This document shows positions 1 to 11,701 of a stretch of 64,000 nt of DNA, in pieces; within the stretch, counting starts at the first letter, position 1; the number at the start of each line of letters is the position of its first letter. Position numbers and translations under genes: made by a program. Source of the DNA: Lepidodermella squamata (taxonomy: Eukaryota; Animalia; Gastrotricha); the NCBI GenBank assembly GCA_047495785.1, contig JBLDXI010000004.1, positions 1,860,001-1,924,000 on the forward strand, given 5' to 3'. Under the pieces are notes generated by a model that did not search any database, was not told the origin of the DNA, and worked only from the letters and a program-made list of their open reading frames with translations.

Positions 1-233
1 AAACGCCGGTTTCAGGTCGCCGCGGAAATCACCGTTCAAGCACTCGAAACGTTTCCGTAGATGTTTCTGCATACAGGAATCTAACTAACCGGACGCGAGG
101 ACATGATTTCTCCCCGCTAGTGGAGTGCTTCCTGTATTTATACAATCCTCCGCCTTCAACAACCGTCTCTCTATATCTATAAGTTGCAATAAACAGCAGG
201 CGATGGATTTTGCTAGCTAGCGCCCACCCGAGC

Positions 234-1785
234 ATGTCAGTGCCGATGAATGCAAGCGTGCTGCAGGGCGGATCGTGGATAGTCGCCGATCTGCCAGACA
301 ATGGGTTTGATGGACCAAGGCCGTATTTCGTGGGGTGGGCGCATGATCTGAGAACTCGGTCAATGGCAGATCGCCTGCCTTATACGATCGTAAGCGGCGT
401 ATTATCAATTGTTGCCATTATCGCTAGCCTGGCGAATGTCGCCGTTTATTACCGGCGCAACGTGAATCGAGACTTTTTGCTACTGAACGGCATCGCCTCC
501 TTAAGGAACATATGCTATGTTGCAACCTGGATGGGTTCGTTGCTGGTAACTCTGGCAACAGGTTACTGGGAGGCGAGCGACGCCGCCTGCCAGCTCACTT
601 TTTGGCTCATTTCCTTCACCGGCAGTTACGGCTTGCTTCTCAATCTGCACATCAGCTACGAGCGACGTGTTTGCGTCACCTCGAGCAGCATACATCGATC
701 TAACCCTCTCAAGGTACCTATGAACTACTTAGTAAGATAAAGAAGGGCACACGCAGTATTAATTATCTAGCACTATGCAAGGGGAAGAAATTGAAACCCG
801 AAAAACAACCACAGGGAGCCCTTTGGTCTATAAATTGGGTAATAAAATACCCCATAGTTCGGGAATCCCATTCGGGAATTCCACCTTGGCCTGCCAAACT
901 GGGGAGTACGATAGCCCCATCCTACCCCGTATCTTAATTCGAAGAAATAATAGCCAGTTTCTCTCAATGAGACCTACGCCAATAAAAACGGCCCGTATCG
1001 GGTTTGTTGAGCAACTTCCTTTATTATCTGTTTGATTGTCTGTTTCTTGTCGTGCGTCTCCGATGTGGCAAGTCCTACACTGCCTTGAAGGAAACCTTGT
1101 CTACTAACTGTTGATGATATTTTCACACAGCTGGTTGTGAATGGTTGTGGTCGTGATGGCATCGGGGATGGCCATCTGTAGCGCGCTGTCTTGTGTCATC
1201 ATGTCCTTCGCCCCGTTTCCAGTGATGAGCGTTCAACAGCTGGGGCTAATGGACAGCAGCAGCAGCAGCAATACGAATCCTGTACGCATATGCGGGTTTT
1301 TCGTCAGCCGCCTCGCCGGACCAGTCGACAGCCTCATCGTCGGAGTAGGACTTTTCATGTTCTATTCCCAGGCAGCTTGCTCAGGCTTGGCGTACAACTA
1401 TTGGAAGGTTTTCAGAACTATTCGATCTGCTCGTTTGCGACTGCGAGGCATCACTTCAATGGAAGACAATTGGTACAAGAAGGAGACTTTCATCGCCAAA
1501 CAGTCGCTCGCTGCTTTCCTCGTCTACTTCGCGTGCCATGTGCCGCTGACAGCGCACTTTTTCATGTCTCTTTTCTACCGCGAAGTTGGCCCTAGCCACG
1601 CAAGTGGAGACCTGCTCAAGTACGGCCAAATCTGCTTATTACTTGAGATGGTTCTTTCGGTCTTCATTAGGACACTGAAGCCAGGATTCTACGATCGCTA
1701 TCCAGCAATGATCACCCGATTCGGCGCAACGTGTCGCGCAATCAGTCTGCTGAAAGCAGCTCGACTACGCATCAGCCCATCTTAA
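234..1785 (+). pseudogene. 7TM class A GPCR family paralog A; two exons; probable frameshift at the start of exon 2
   Basis: Exon 1 234-713 (donor AAG|gtacct), acceptor tttcacacag| at 1130. The homologous frame of exon 2 (1141-1785) is offset 10 nt from the acceptor by TGGTTGTG-AA-TGGTTGTG, with an in-frame TGA at 1138-1140. Motifs DNGFDGPRPYFVGW, ISYERR, AYNYWKVF, FIAKQS, LKPGF are present. The family's second intron is absent. Confidence 0.7.
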
Positions 1786-2769
1786 AATATCCACTTGAAT
1801 GAAAAATGAGCTCATATTATGAGCATTTCGATAAACTTCGTGCTGCACTGGAACATGTTCACGGTTTTCTGTTGACTGATTGATCGATAGACTGAATTAC
1901 AAAAATTCAAGTGCCAAATCAGAAATAATTTGTTTACTTAATAGGGTCGCCACTAAAATTCAAGCGAAATGGAATTAGATTAACCTATTCCCACCAGCGC
2001 AGTAATTTGTATTTGATAAATTTGTTGATGAAACGTCGGTAATCAATCTTTGCATTGCTTCGTCACAACATTCTGTACTTCATTTACATGCTTCCATTTG
2101 GTTCTGGTCATGATCCTCCAGAGCGGCATCAGTCGCCTGGTCGACATCCAGTTCTTCGCCGCTTCCGCCATCGTTGAGTCACTAGGACAAGTTTCTCGAG
2201 AATTTGCGACAAGGTTCACTCTTGAAATGGAGATCATTTTCCTGACCATTCTTAATCGATTAATCCTTAATCCAAACAGCAGGCGAGAATGTTCCTAGTT
2301 CCTAGATTTTTTACTATATTTTATGTACTTTCGCCCAAACTGTCGTTGACACCCTCGCTTTGCGCAAATTTTTCGCTGAAAATAGCTAAAAAGTTTACAC
2401 AGCATTTACGTGCTGCGGAAACTACTTTAGGAAATTCAAAAATCTGAACATGTCGATAGGCTCGAGGAATTTCTCACGATTCTCGAGCGGTTCCGAGTAT
2501 TAGAGTGTTGTAGTCCTAATAGCACAAATTTTTTAAATTAATGGCCTAGTTTTAATGTGAGACAATTCTTCCTAAAATATGACACTAACAACAAAATGTC
2601 TTAAATTTTCATCCGCTATTTTGACTTATCAAATTTCGATTTTAAATTTTATTTTTTCAAAAATTTTCTCACTCCTTTTTCTCGGGGAAAATTATCTAAA
2701 TATTTAAATAATATTCACAGCAACCTAAAAGCAAGGTACCAGGCACCCATAGGCCCCCATAGACGTAAA

Positions 2770-3085
2770 GACTTTCCTAATTTATGACGCTCGCTCGCTA
2801 GCCCTGTATGTTGAATCTGGTATAAAAGCGGCTGTTGTAAACGAGGGAATTTGTAGAGATCTTCTCACGATATTCTCCCCTCGAATTAATCGCTATAAAT
2901 GGCTAAAATGGGCAGTCTACTTTAAACAGCATTTAGGTGCTCCGGAGGAATAATAAGAATTAGCCATGTTTCGTTTTGTTCCCAAAGCAGCGAATCGTAA
3001 ACAATGTCTTAATTAATAACGCCCATACTAGGCCCTGCATGTTAAATCTGGTATCAACGCGGCTGTTGATGACGAGAGAAAATTT
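2770..3085. repeat. Diverged direct repeat, period about 230 bp
   Basis: gccctgtatgttgaatctggtataaaagcggctgttg (~2801) versus gccctgcatgttaaatctggtatcaacgcggctgttg (~3032); cagcattta.gtgct.cgga also occurs at ~2400 and ~2927. Confidence 0.6.
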
Positions 3086-3252
3086 AAAGCAAGCAGCAAG
3101 CAATGTTTTTTTATTCGATCAAAAGAAATAAACTAGCACCGGCCACGGGTGGGCTATGGGCGCGTCCCGGAATATTTTCGAATAACACAATAAATACAGA
3201 ATATCATATACAGATATAAGAATTTTTAAAGCATAATTTGCATTTGTTTCAG

Positions 3253-3984
3253 CTGCTGATTCTCGCCGCCTGTTCGTTCGTCATTTGCGCAGTTGCTAAT
3301 GTAATATTTACGTTCGCACCGTTGCCGATAATGGCCCACCAGCGGCTGGTGGTCGACGGCATCAACAACAACACAGCCATCGACTTGTGCGGCGTGTTCC
3401 CGTATCGCTTCGTCGGCTCCTCGGACGTTCTCGTCCTGATACTCGTTGTTTTCTGCATCATCATCCAAGCAACAACGTTTGGTTTAGCTTTCAACTACTG
3501 GTAAGCAATTCCTGAGCAGTATTGTAAAGTGTAAATCTCATTTGTTAATCGAATATTCGGTTGAAGGAAACTGTTCTCTCTAATTCGGTCTGTTCGATTG
3601 GGCTGGCGTTCGAAGCTGCAATGTTCCGATCGAGAGGCGCTGTGGTATCAGCGCGAGTTGTTCTTCGCTAAACAATCTGTCGCTGCTGTCCTCGTGTACA
3701 ACGTGTGCCAACTGCCCATGGCTGTTCACATTGCTTTGCAGCTGGGCTACGCTGAGATTGGGCCTCGATTTGCGACAGGCGACTTGACCAAGTACAGCCA
3801 CGCGGTTATCATGTTCGAGATCGCAGCTTCAGCTATAGTTCGCATGCTAAAACCGTCGAACCGCGTGGCCATTGCAACGCCATTAAGTGCGACTAAAACA
3901 ATGGAAACAACGGGTGGCGCAAAGGATCGGCACAACACGAAGACTGTGACTTCGGTCAAAGTCATTCGGATTAGACCAAAGTAG
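3253..3984 (+). pseudogene. GPCR paralog B; 5'-truncated (exons 2 and 3 only)
   Basis: Exon 2 3253-3500 (tttcag|...TG|gtaagc), exon 3 3567-3984 (acceptor aag). Very similar to paralog I including intron 2. No exon-1 homology (DRGFNGSRPY...ERR) found between 1786 and 3252. Confidence 0.8.
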
Positions 3985-4528
3985 CAACAGCTTGCCAAAT
4001 GTTTTCGCTATTATTTTTGATGACTTGCAGAGACTTGTAGACTTGTATGCCTTGAAAAGTGATTTTCTGATTAAAACGAATAAGAAAATGGAAAATCCGC
4101 GCATACGCGTCATGTTCGTGTCGAAATTATAGCGGAGCGTAAAAGAATGCTTGTAAATTTATATTGGAAAATATTTTCAGTTCCAACATCAACAGCAACA
4201 GCGACATGATTAAATTATTTAATCTCGAATATCAAAGTAATTCAGCCCGGATGCAAATCAAAACTGTCATTTCTATCATTTTATCCTCAAGTTTGCCGGA
4301 TATGACTAGCGCCCATATGTTGTGCGTGCCCCTTGCTGTTTGATACAGTGTCAAAAAGACTTGTTAGTGTGAAATTCTTGGTTAGCAGGATACTTGAGTA
4401 GACAGGTGTCTAATTTGTATAGAATCATTTCCGAACGGAATCGACATGCTGAGAGCTTTCCGAACAGCCGATCCTCATTCACAGGTTCAATAATGATTTT
4501 TTCATTTCAGTGTGAAACAAACTGAAAA

Positions 4529-6025
4529 ATGACAAAAAATGTGTCTATCTTCACTGCGACGGCCTCTCTGATGCCATTCACGAGCTCGTGGATTCTGGCT
4601 GATTTGCCGGACCGCGGTTTCAATGGATCGAGGCCGTACTTTATCGGGTGGATGCACGACCTGAGCGCCACATCGATTGAGCAACGACTGCCCTACTCCC
4701 TGTCCGTTGTGATAATCGCAGTTCTCGGAAGTCTAGCCAGCATAGCAAATGTCGCAATCTACTACCGCCGCAATGTCAAACGCGATTTCCTCATGCTATG
4801 TTCAATTGTGGCAGTTAGAAACGTCGTGTGGTCTATCACGTGGTCCTTTGCAGTTCTAGTGCCATTGAAGACCGGCTTCTGGGAGGCAGAGCCCGCGGCT
4901 TGTGATGTTGTTTTCTGGATCATTGCAGGGCTGGGCGCTTTCGGTTGTTACGCGAACATGCTCATCAGCTACGAGAGACGGCAGTGTGTTTGCTCGATGG
5001 CCCTGTACCGACCGAGCTCATTGAAAGTAAGTAAACTATTATTTAGGTGTGGTTTTTATAATATTCGAAGAAATGAGATATCATCAAGGCGGGAAGTATA
5101 GGAAATTGGAAAGCTTCTGAGGAATTCCACAACCGGCTACAAATTCTTTTTTTTCAGCTCATGCTCCTCGCGGCTGGGTTCTTGCTATTCTGTTGCGGAT
5201 GGGCGGCAGTTTACACCTTTGCGCCGTACCAGTCGCTCACTGTCCAGCGATTAGTTATCAACGGCATCAACAACAACACGGCTGTCTCGCTATGTGGCTC
5301 GTTCGGTTATAGGTTCATCGGTGAATCGGACACTGTTGTGCTGATCATGGCGTACTATCTCTTTGCAGTGCAAGCATCTTCTCTCGGATTGGCTTACAAC
5401 TATTGGTGAGTTAACGCGTGAAGACCTTGGTAAAGACGTGTTACTTTTAATTGCAAACAAACGCGTTCACTCGAACTATTCTGAAAGCAAAATTTTGAAA
5501 AAAAGATCAAAAATTTGCGTTCACACCTTCAAGGTTCAAGGAATATTTCGCATGGTGAATGTATCACACGACCTAGTTTCAATGTTAACATATTTTCGCT
5601 TCAGGAGAATGTTCGCTCACATTAGAGCGGTTCGCCTCAGATGGCGCGATCAGGTGTCGAATACTCTTCAATCGAAAATCAGAGACAAGTGGCGACAGCG
5701 TGAAGTTTTCATCGCAAAACAGTCGATCGCTGCTTTCTTGGTGTACAGCGCATTCCATCTGCCGTTGGCTGTTCACTTCGCCCTTCAGCTAGGCTACGTT
5801 GAAATCGGGCCGCGATTTGCCTCTGGAATCCTCAACGAATGCGGCGCCATTTGCCTGCTTATCGAAATGGTTGTGTCTTCGGTGATCAAATCGGTGAAGC
5901 CAGGCTTCTCGCGCAACTTGCCGTGGTCACGTCGCAACAACCAGGTGACTGCCTCCGTCAAGACGCCATGTAGTAGTCCGTGTACCAATCGGAAATCACC
6001 GGCGACTATAAGAAAACTAATTTGA
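4529..6025 (+). CDS. GPCR paralog C, copy 1 (388 aa)
   Basis: Exons 4529-5026, 5158-5405, 5605-6025; GT-AG introns; open joined frame with seven hydrophobic segments and family motifs. Confidence 0.9.
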
Positions 6026-6934
6026 ATATTGGCGAAACAAAAGAGAACGCACGGAACAGATCGGCCTCTATCTTATTTTGGTTGGTGGTGGGTTTTTACT
6101 GGAAAGAAAACGGTAGATTTGGTGTCTTCCCTTCTAATAAGCCTCTATACTTGACAAGGTTTCATGATTGTCCCAGGCTGATCGTTGACCCCATTGTCTT
6201 TGTTTGCAATGAGCTCCCTAGACTGAAAAAACTAAAAATTCAATGTAAAAGCTCAATGTAGCGAGTCTTTAATAGATCATAAGTGAATTCATAATAATAA
6301 ATTATCTCCTTTCAATCAATCTGCATTATTGCAGAGGAAAGCATTTCTTTTAGCTCATTCACTTGTCACTAGCGTTTCTGAATTGATGTCTCGGCTCCAT
6401 CAGTGGACTCGGATAGGTTTGCGTAACATATTTGACTGAGATCGACCACATGTATCAGCCTACGAAATCGAGGTTTTTGCTGAATCTAAATAGCTAAATA
6501 GCTAAGTGTTATCCTAGTTTCTGATGGCACTTACGGCGGCACTTATCGTGATTCGTGATCCCATACAAGGGGGACTCTGGAATCGTTTCAATGACACCTC
6601 ACCACCGACATCCGTTCATTATTAGGAAGCGAAGCTCTAGCCGGAAAACACAACTCATCCTAAGCCTGCACAGTTCAATCTCACCGCCGCATATTTCCTA
6701 CCATAGCTGAGGTGGGAAAGTGGCGCGCGTTCTCACCCTTCGTTCTCTATCTGCTGCCGAAATTGAGCACCCTTGCTTGCGGCGTATTCTTGTCCCGCTA
6801 ATCATAGTACACAGGCGGGGAATTTGTGGGGTAGAAAAAAGCTGACGAAAGCTTGAAAGCATCCGTCCGGTAGGGATAAGCAGATGAAACTGCTCGCGCT
6901 AGCCGCATTACCCAGAGACCAGAGACGCGGCATC

Positions 6935-7127
6935 ATGAACAACAGCACGGTAGCGAGCGAAGCCACCAGCAGCAGCAGTCCTGCTGCTGGGCGGGGTCTG
7001 GATCGGGGCTGATATCGAAGACCGCGGCTTCAATGGCTCACCGCCGTACTTCATCGGCTACTTCCACGACCTGAGCAGACCCTCAATCGAAGGTCGACTG
7101 CCCTACACGCTGACCGCACAGCTGTAG
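6935..7127 (+). pseudogene. GPCR paralog D exon-1 fragment, copy 1
   Basis: ATG AAC AAC AGC (MNNST) is out of frame with AVLLLGGVWIGADIEDRGFNGSPPYFIGYFHDLSRPSIEGRLPYTLT; homology ends ~7115, stop at 7125-7127. Confidence 0.85.
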
Positions 7128-8330
7128 CTGCTTGACGAGCAAAAATAACCTGATAACGCTTAAGATGTCTTCGCGCTAAAAATCAGCCATCTTTAAACAA
7201 GGACAGCTGATTGTTCATTTCTACTATTTAACCCAAGTTTTTGATAGCATTCTCAGTCCTTCTCATTTCCAAGGTCAACTTCACTTGAATTAAACTGACA
7301 AATGCGGTACATTTTGAACAAATGAACAAATGAAATTGAAGGGACTATAAAAAATAAATACTAGAAATCGAAATGCTAAAAATCAAAATTAAACGAAAAT
7401 TAAGAATAATAAAAAACATGAATAATTTCCAGTTTTCCCACAAAGATCTATTTCTTGAAAACAGCCATTTGAAGCCCGGGATCATTGAAATAGCTGCTCA
7501 AATGAGTTAATTTTTGATTATTATTTTGACTAATTATTTTGATTATTTTGAAGTATTTTCATAATTTTCATAATTGATATATCAGCTTAGCGGCATCTTT
7601 GATCACTTGCCGAGCGGGGTTTTAACTCTATAACTGCCAAATATAGACTGCGAGATCCGATATTTGGATCCAAATCCCAAATCCTGGCTCTGTGAAAATT
7701 TCTTTTATTTCAGATCAGCGATGCTTCGTAGAGCAAATCGCCTGCCGGTAAAACAAAATAAAGGCCATTGCCCGGCGGTTTTGTTGACACCAATTTCGGG
7801 GCCAAAGCAGACATCAAGGAATGTACAGAAATCAACTTGAAAAACCAGTGATATTTCGATTGCTGCGCAATAATATGTGGGTCTAATTGCCATTCTTTGG
7901 TCTGATTTTTGGCTCTAGTCCAAAATTTTGACGTTATTTCACAGTCATTATCGAAGATTTGCTCAGACCGAATTTCGAATTTAGCAATGGCCCACACTAA
8001 TGCCCTACGAAGCATCGTTGATCCGAAATAAAAGACATCGTCATGGACGCCTAAGGGGAGCATGTTACTATACGCGATAAGCTAGATCTCGTGGCGAAAT
8101 CCGTTTTTCGAAATTCGATCTACAACATGTTGTATAAAGTTCCATCACAGGAGAGGAATTGTAGCGCACGCGAATGTTGAATTAAGTCCACAATAAAATG
8201 GACTTCAGACATCATGCGTTTGATCTGTTTTTGTTTTATCATTGCGAGTTTTCGGCATTTTACGCTTATACAGACTAAGATGAACAGCATTTACAGTGCA
8301 AAATTGGTGATATGATCCAACTTAAATGTA

Positions 8331-8366
8331 CTAATCCACCTAAACCACCTAATCCACCTAATCCGC
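8331..8366. repeat. 9-bp tandem repeat (CTAATCCAC) x4
   Basis: ctaatccac ctaaaccac ctaatccac ctaatccgc; duplicated at 40277-40312. Confidence 0.7.
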
Positions 8367-9183
8367 TGAATCTGCCGAATAGCATAGCTTTGAAGAGCTA
8401 GTTTTTTCGCTGGGTCGCGACAAATTGAACCCTTAAGACACAATGAGAACAGCCCTTTAGCCACACAGAGACCTTTCTGTGAGAGGTTAGACGGGATTGC
8501 TTCGAATCGATTCATTGGGTTCGTAATAGGGTATATCGACCTATATAACACAGCTTCTAACGGTTTTGAAGTAAAAATCATTTCCATTTATTTTCATTTT
8601 TGATGCCAATCTTCCCTGGCAACTGCCGAAATTCATATCACAAAACTTGAGATTATGATGTAAAACAATGTATGGGTATGTATTCAGAATTAGCTGATCG
8701 TCCTATGAGTCACCGCCAACCGCCACTAAATCTGGCAGATGAGTCATAAAAATGTTTGTGAAATTTGTACTTTTTACTTCCAAAAGTCATCCAAAATCGT
8801 TAAAATGTTCTTGAAAGCGCTGGCTAACTTTGAAAATTTGAAAAATTACTTATTTTTCACGCTATTTAAAGTCCACGAAATTGCGACCCCCAGCCTAATA
8901 GACGAGTTATTTGTAAATTCTGGGTATGCCATCATGATCTCCATGAAAAGTTGGGCTAGAGGTTATTTGTTATTTGGACGGTCATGGAACTGGCTGCCTT
9001 GTGTACCTGCGTAAGCCCGAATAACGCCAACCTTACCGCTTTATTCAAATCAATTCTGAAATGGAGAATGCACATAAAAATCGGGGCTATTCCGAAAAAT
9101 TGAATAATTTGCCTAATAAAGTTAATTTATGATGAATGATTGAAAAAATAAATGCATTATTGAATAGGATGTGTTGATCAATT

Positions 9184-10497
9184 TTATTCAAGGACTGTTG
9201 AGACGATTGTAGCCGTTCTAGCTGTTGCTTTGATGCTCGCCAAGTTAATCCGAATAGGCCGCAATGTACGACCGCGCTGTGGAAAAAGCTTCCTTCCTAC
9301 GAAAGGCAGTCGCTGCGAAAATCCGGGTTTCGCCATTTTCACAAAGCACGAAAAGACCATTTCAGCAACTACGCAGATGTTGCCGTACTTGAACAAGTCG
9401 CCGCTGGCGTAGTTCGGTCCCCAGTTCCAGTAGTCGAGCTGTAGCACAAAATGCACAGCCGTAGGCAGGTGGAACGCATTGAACACGAGCACAGCGGCTA
9501 TAGATTGCTTTGCGAAAAACACCTGCCGCTGCCGCCACCGGGTCTCCATAGACACTGTACGCTGCGTTGAACGCCATCTGATGCGAGCGGCCCGAATTTG
9601 AGCGAACATTTTCCTGTATATTGACCGAAACATAGGAAAAACTTAGAGAAAACACAAGTACGAAATTAGCGGCAAACCAATAGTTGTAGCTGAGGCCGAA
9701 AGAAGATAGTTGAACCACCACTAGGTAGTAAAGCAGAACAGCCACAGCAGTGTCCGAAGAACGGATGAATTTGTAGTTGAACGCCCCACACAGCGGAATG
9801 GCTGAGTTGTTGTTCACTCCGGCAATTATGATTTCTTGATAGCCGAGCGTTTGATACGGCTCGATGATGAACGCGATCGGGTAACAGCCACCCAACGCGA
9901 ACAGCACTACAGCCATTATCATCAGCTGATAATAAGGGATTTGTTTTCTAGAATTTGCAAAATCAATTCCAGCAAATGACCTGTTACCTTTGCCCTGTTC
10001 GAGCGGTATAACGATGTCGAGGTGATGCACATGCGGCGTTCGTAGCTGATGAGCCAGTTGAGAACACAGCCGAACGTGCCAACTGTGCACGTGATCCAGA
10101 ACACGCCTGAGCAGGCAGCGCGACCAGCCTCCCAAAACCCGGTCGGCAGGGTGACTAGGAAACAGAATGACAAATTGATGGCCCAGACAATGTTGCGAAC
10201 AGCCGTCATTACGCTGAGCATTAGGAAATCGCCATTGACGTTGCTCTGGTAGTACGAAACAACGTTTGTAATGCTGGCGATGATGCCAAGGAGAGATAAA
10301 ATAACCGCAGTTATGCTGTAGTGCAGTCGATCGTGAACGCTCTCAGCTGCCAAATCGTGGAACCAGCCGATGAAATACGGCCTCGAGCCGTTGAAACCGC
10401 GATCCGGGATGTTGGCCATAATCCAAGCCCCGCCGGGCATCACAACAGCCATATTATTGCTACTTGAATGCGTCAAATTTGACATGTTACGCGACAT
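9184..10497 (-). CDS. GPCR paralog E, copy 1 (about 395 aa; inverted relative to the array)
   Basis: Minus-strand exons 10497-9988, 9925-9678, 9613-9184; same intron positions and phases as the plus-strand genes; open joined frame. The start could be a nearby downstream ATG. Confidence 0.9.
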
Positions 10498-11701
10498 TTA
10501 AGTAGAAAAGTAATTTCAGACGCGAATTTGAGTTGGTGAGTTTTATCACCGTGCTTCTCTCGTTTCTAAAAGCTTCCTGTGTCAACTACTACTAATGTGT
10601 TCGATGCTAGCTGAATCTACTGGGATTGATGCCACTCAACTACGCACCCCGCTTCAGCGTGCGAAGTAGAACTTTTGAGCTAGGGATACTTCGGTCATTC
10701 CTTCAGCATATAGTCCAAAAAAATATCCGTACCGTACTCCCAGTCTCCCCGCTACTTCTCTCTCTGCCCCGCTTAGTTCCGTGCGAGGCGCTTGGGGTTT
10801 TCAGATACAAATCTGTATTTTTGCACTAATTCTTCACTGCTACGTCAAAATTTACTAGAACACATTCGGTTCAGTATATCTGATTCTAGTTAAATAAAAT
10901 AACAGAAGCAACAATTAGTCTGGCATCGAGTAATCTGAGATTTTCGCGATTTTTAACCACAAGAATATAGGAAGCTCAACAATTAAAGAGTTCTTTCACT
11001 TAGCTGACGCTCATCAGTGCTCCGAGTACGGGCGGTAAGGGGGGTAAACAAACCCGAAAATTTCTGAAAAACGTAAGGGTCCCCCCTTTTGATTTGCAAA
11101 TTTCGGGCTCAAAATGCTCGATTTACCCCCCTCAGAGCTGGACCTAGTCGGATCGCTGATGCTCATCAATCATCAATTCGAATCTTCATTTCGGCATGCC
11201 TTAGTGTCTGCGAGCAACTGGCGACGTGCTGTTCTTTCTTCGAAAGCGAGAGTGGATCGTCGTTTTCAGCTTCTCCAGGCAGTGGCAGCGCGATGGCGGC
11301 GGTCTCACTCAAATTCGCGCTCTGGAATTTGGATCGGATTCAGATCTGCTCGATTTCGCGGCATTTGAACAATTTAAATGGCATCAGGTTAGTGCTCCCA
11401 TTTCAACCTAAATGGATAAGCCTCTTCAACGACACTTCGGCGTCTTTCCTATCTTTTCACTTGGATGCAGTCTCCGCAGGTTTTAATTTTGAAAATTCAA
11501 AATTTTCCATGAAAAGTGGATGAGAATCAATAGTAAGAATCCGAGAATCGCCCTTTCAAATCAACCCACTTTTTGCTTTCCGCAGGAAAGGATTATACAA
11601 CATACGCCGCACTTCATAATAATTCAAAATCTGATCAAATCTGATTTTTCTGATCTAACTCTAACACCTTATTCTATCTGTCGCACAACTCAAAATAATT
11701 A

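Noticed and set aside
2043-2298. Overlapping ORFs as the missing exon 1 of B
   Set aside because: No family motifs in either listed translation and no recognisable protein similarity.
11014-11140. Small inverted repeat GGGGGGTAAA / TTTACCCCCC as a MITE
   Set aside because: No convincing terminal repeats or TSD could be defined.
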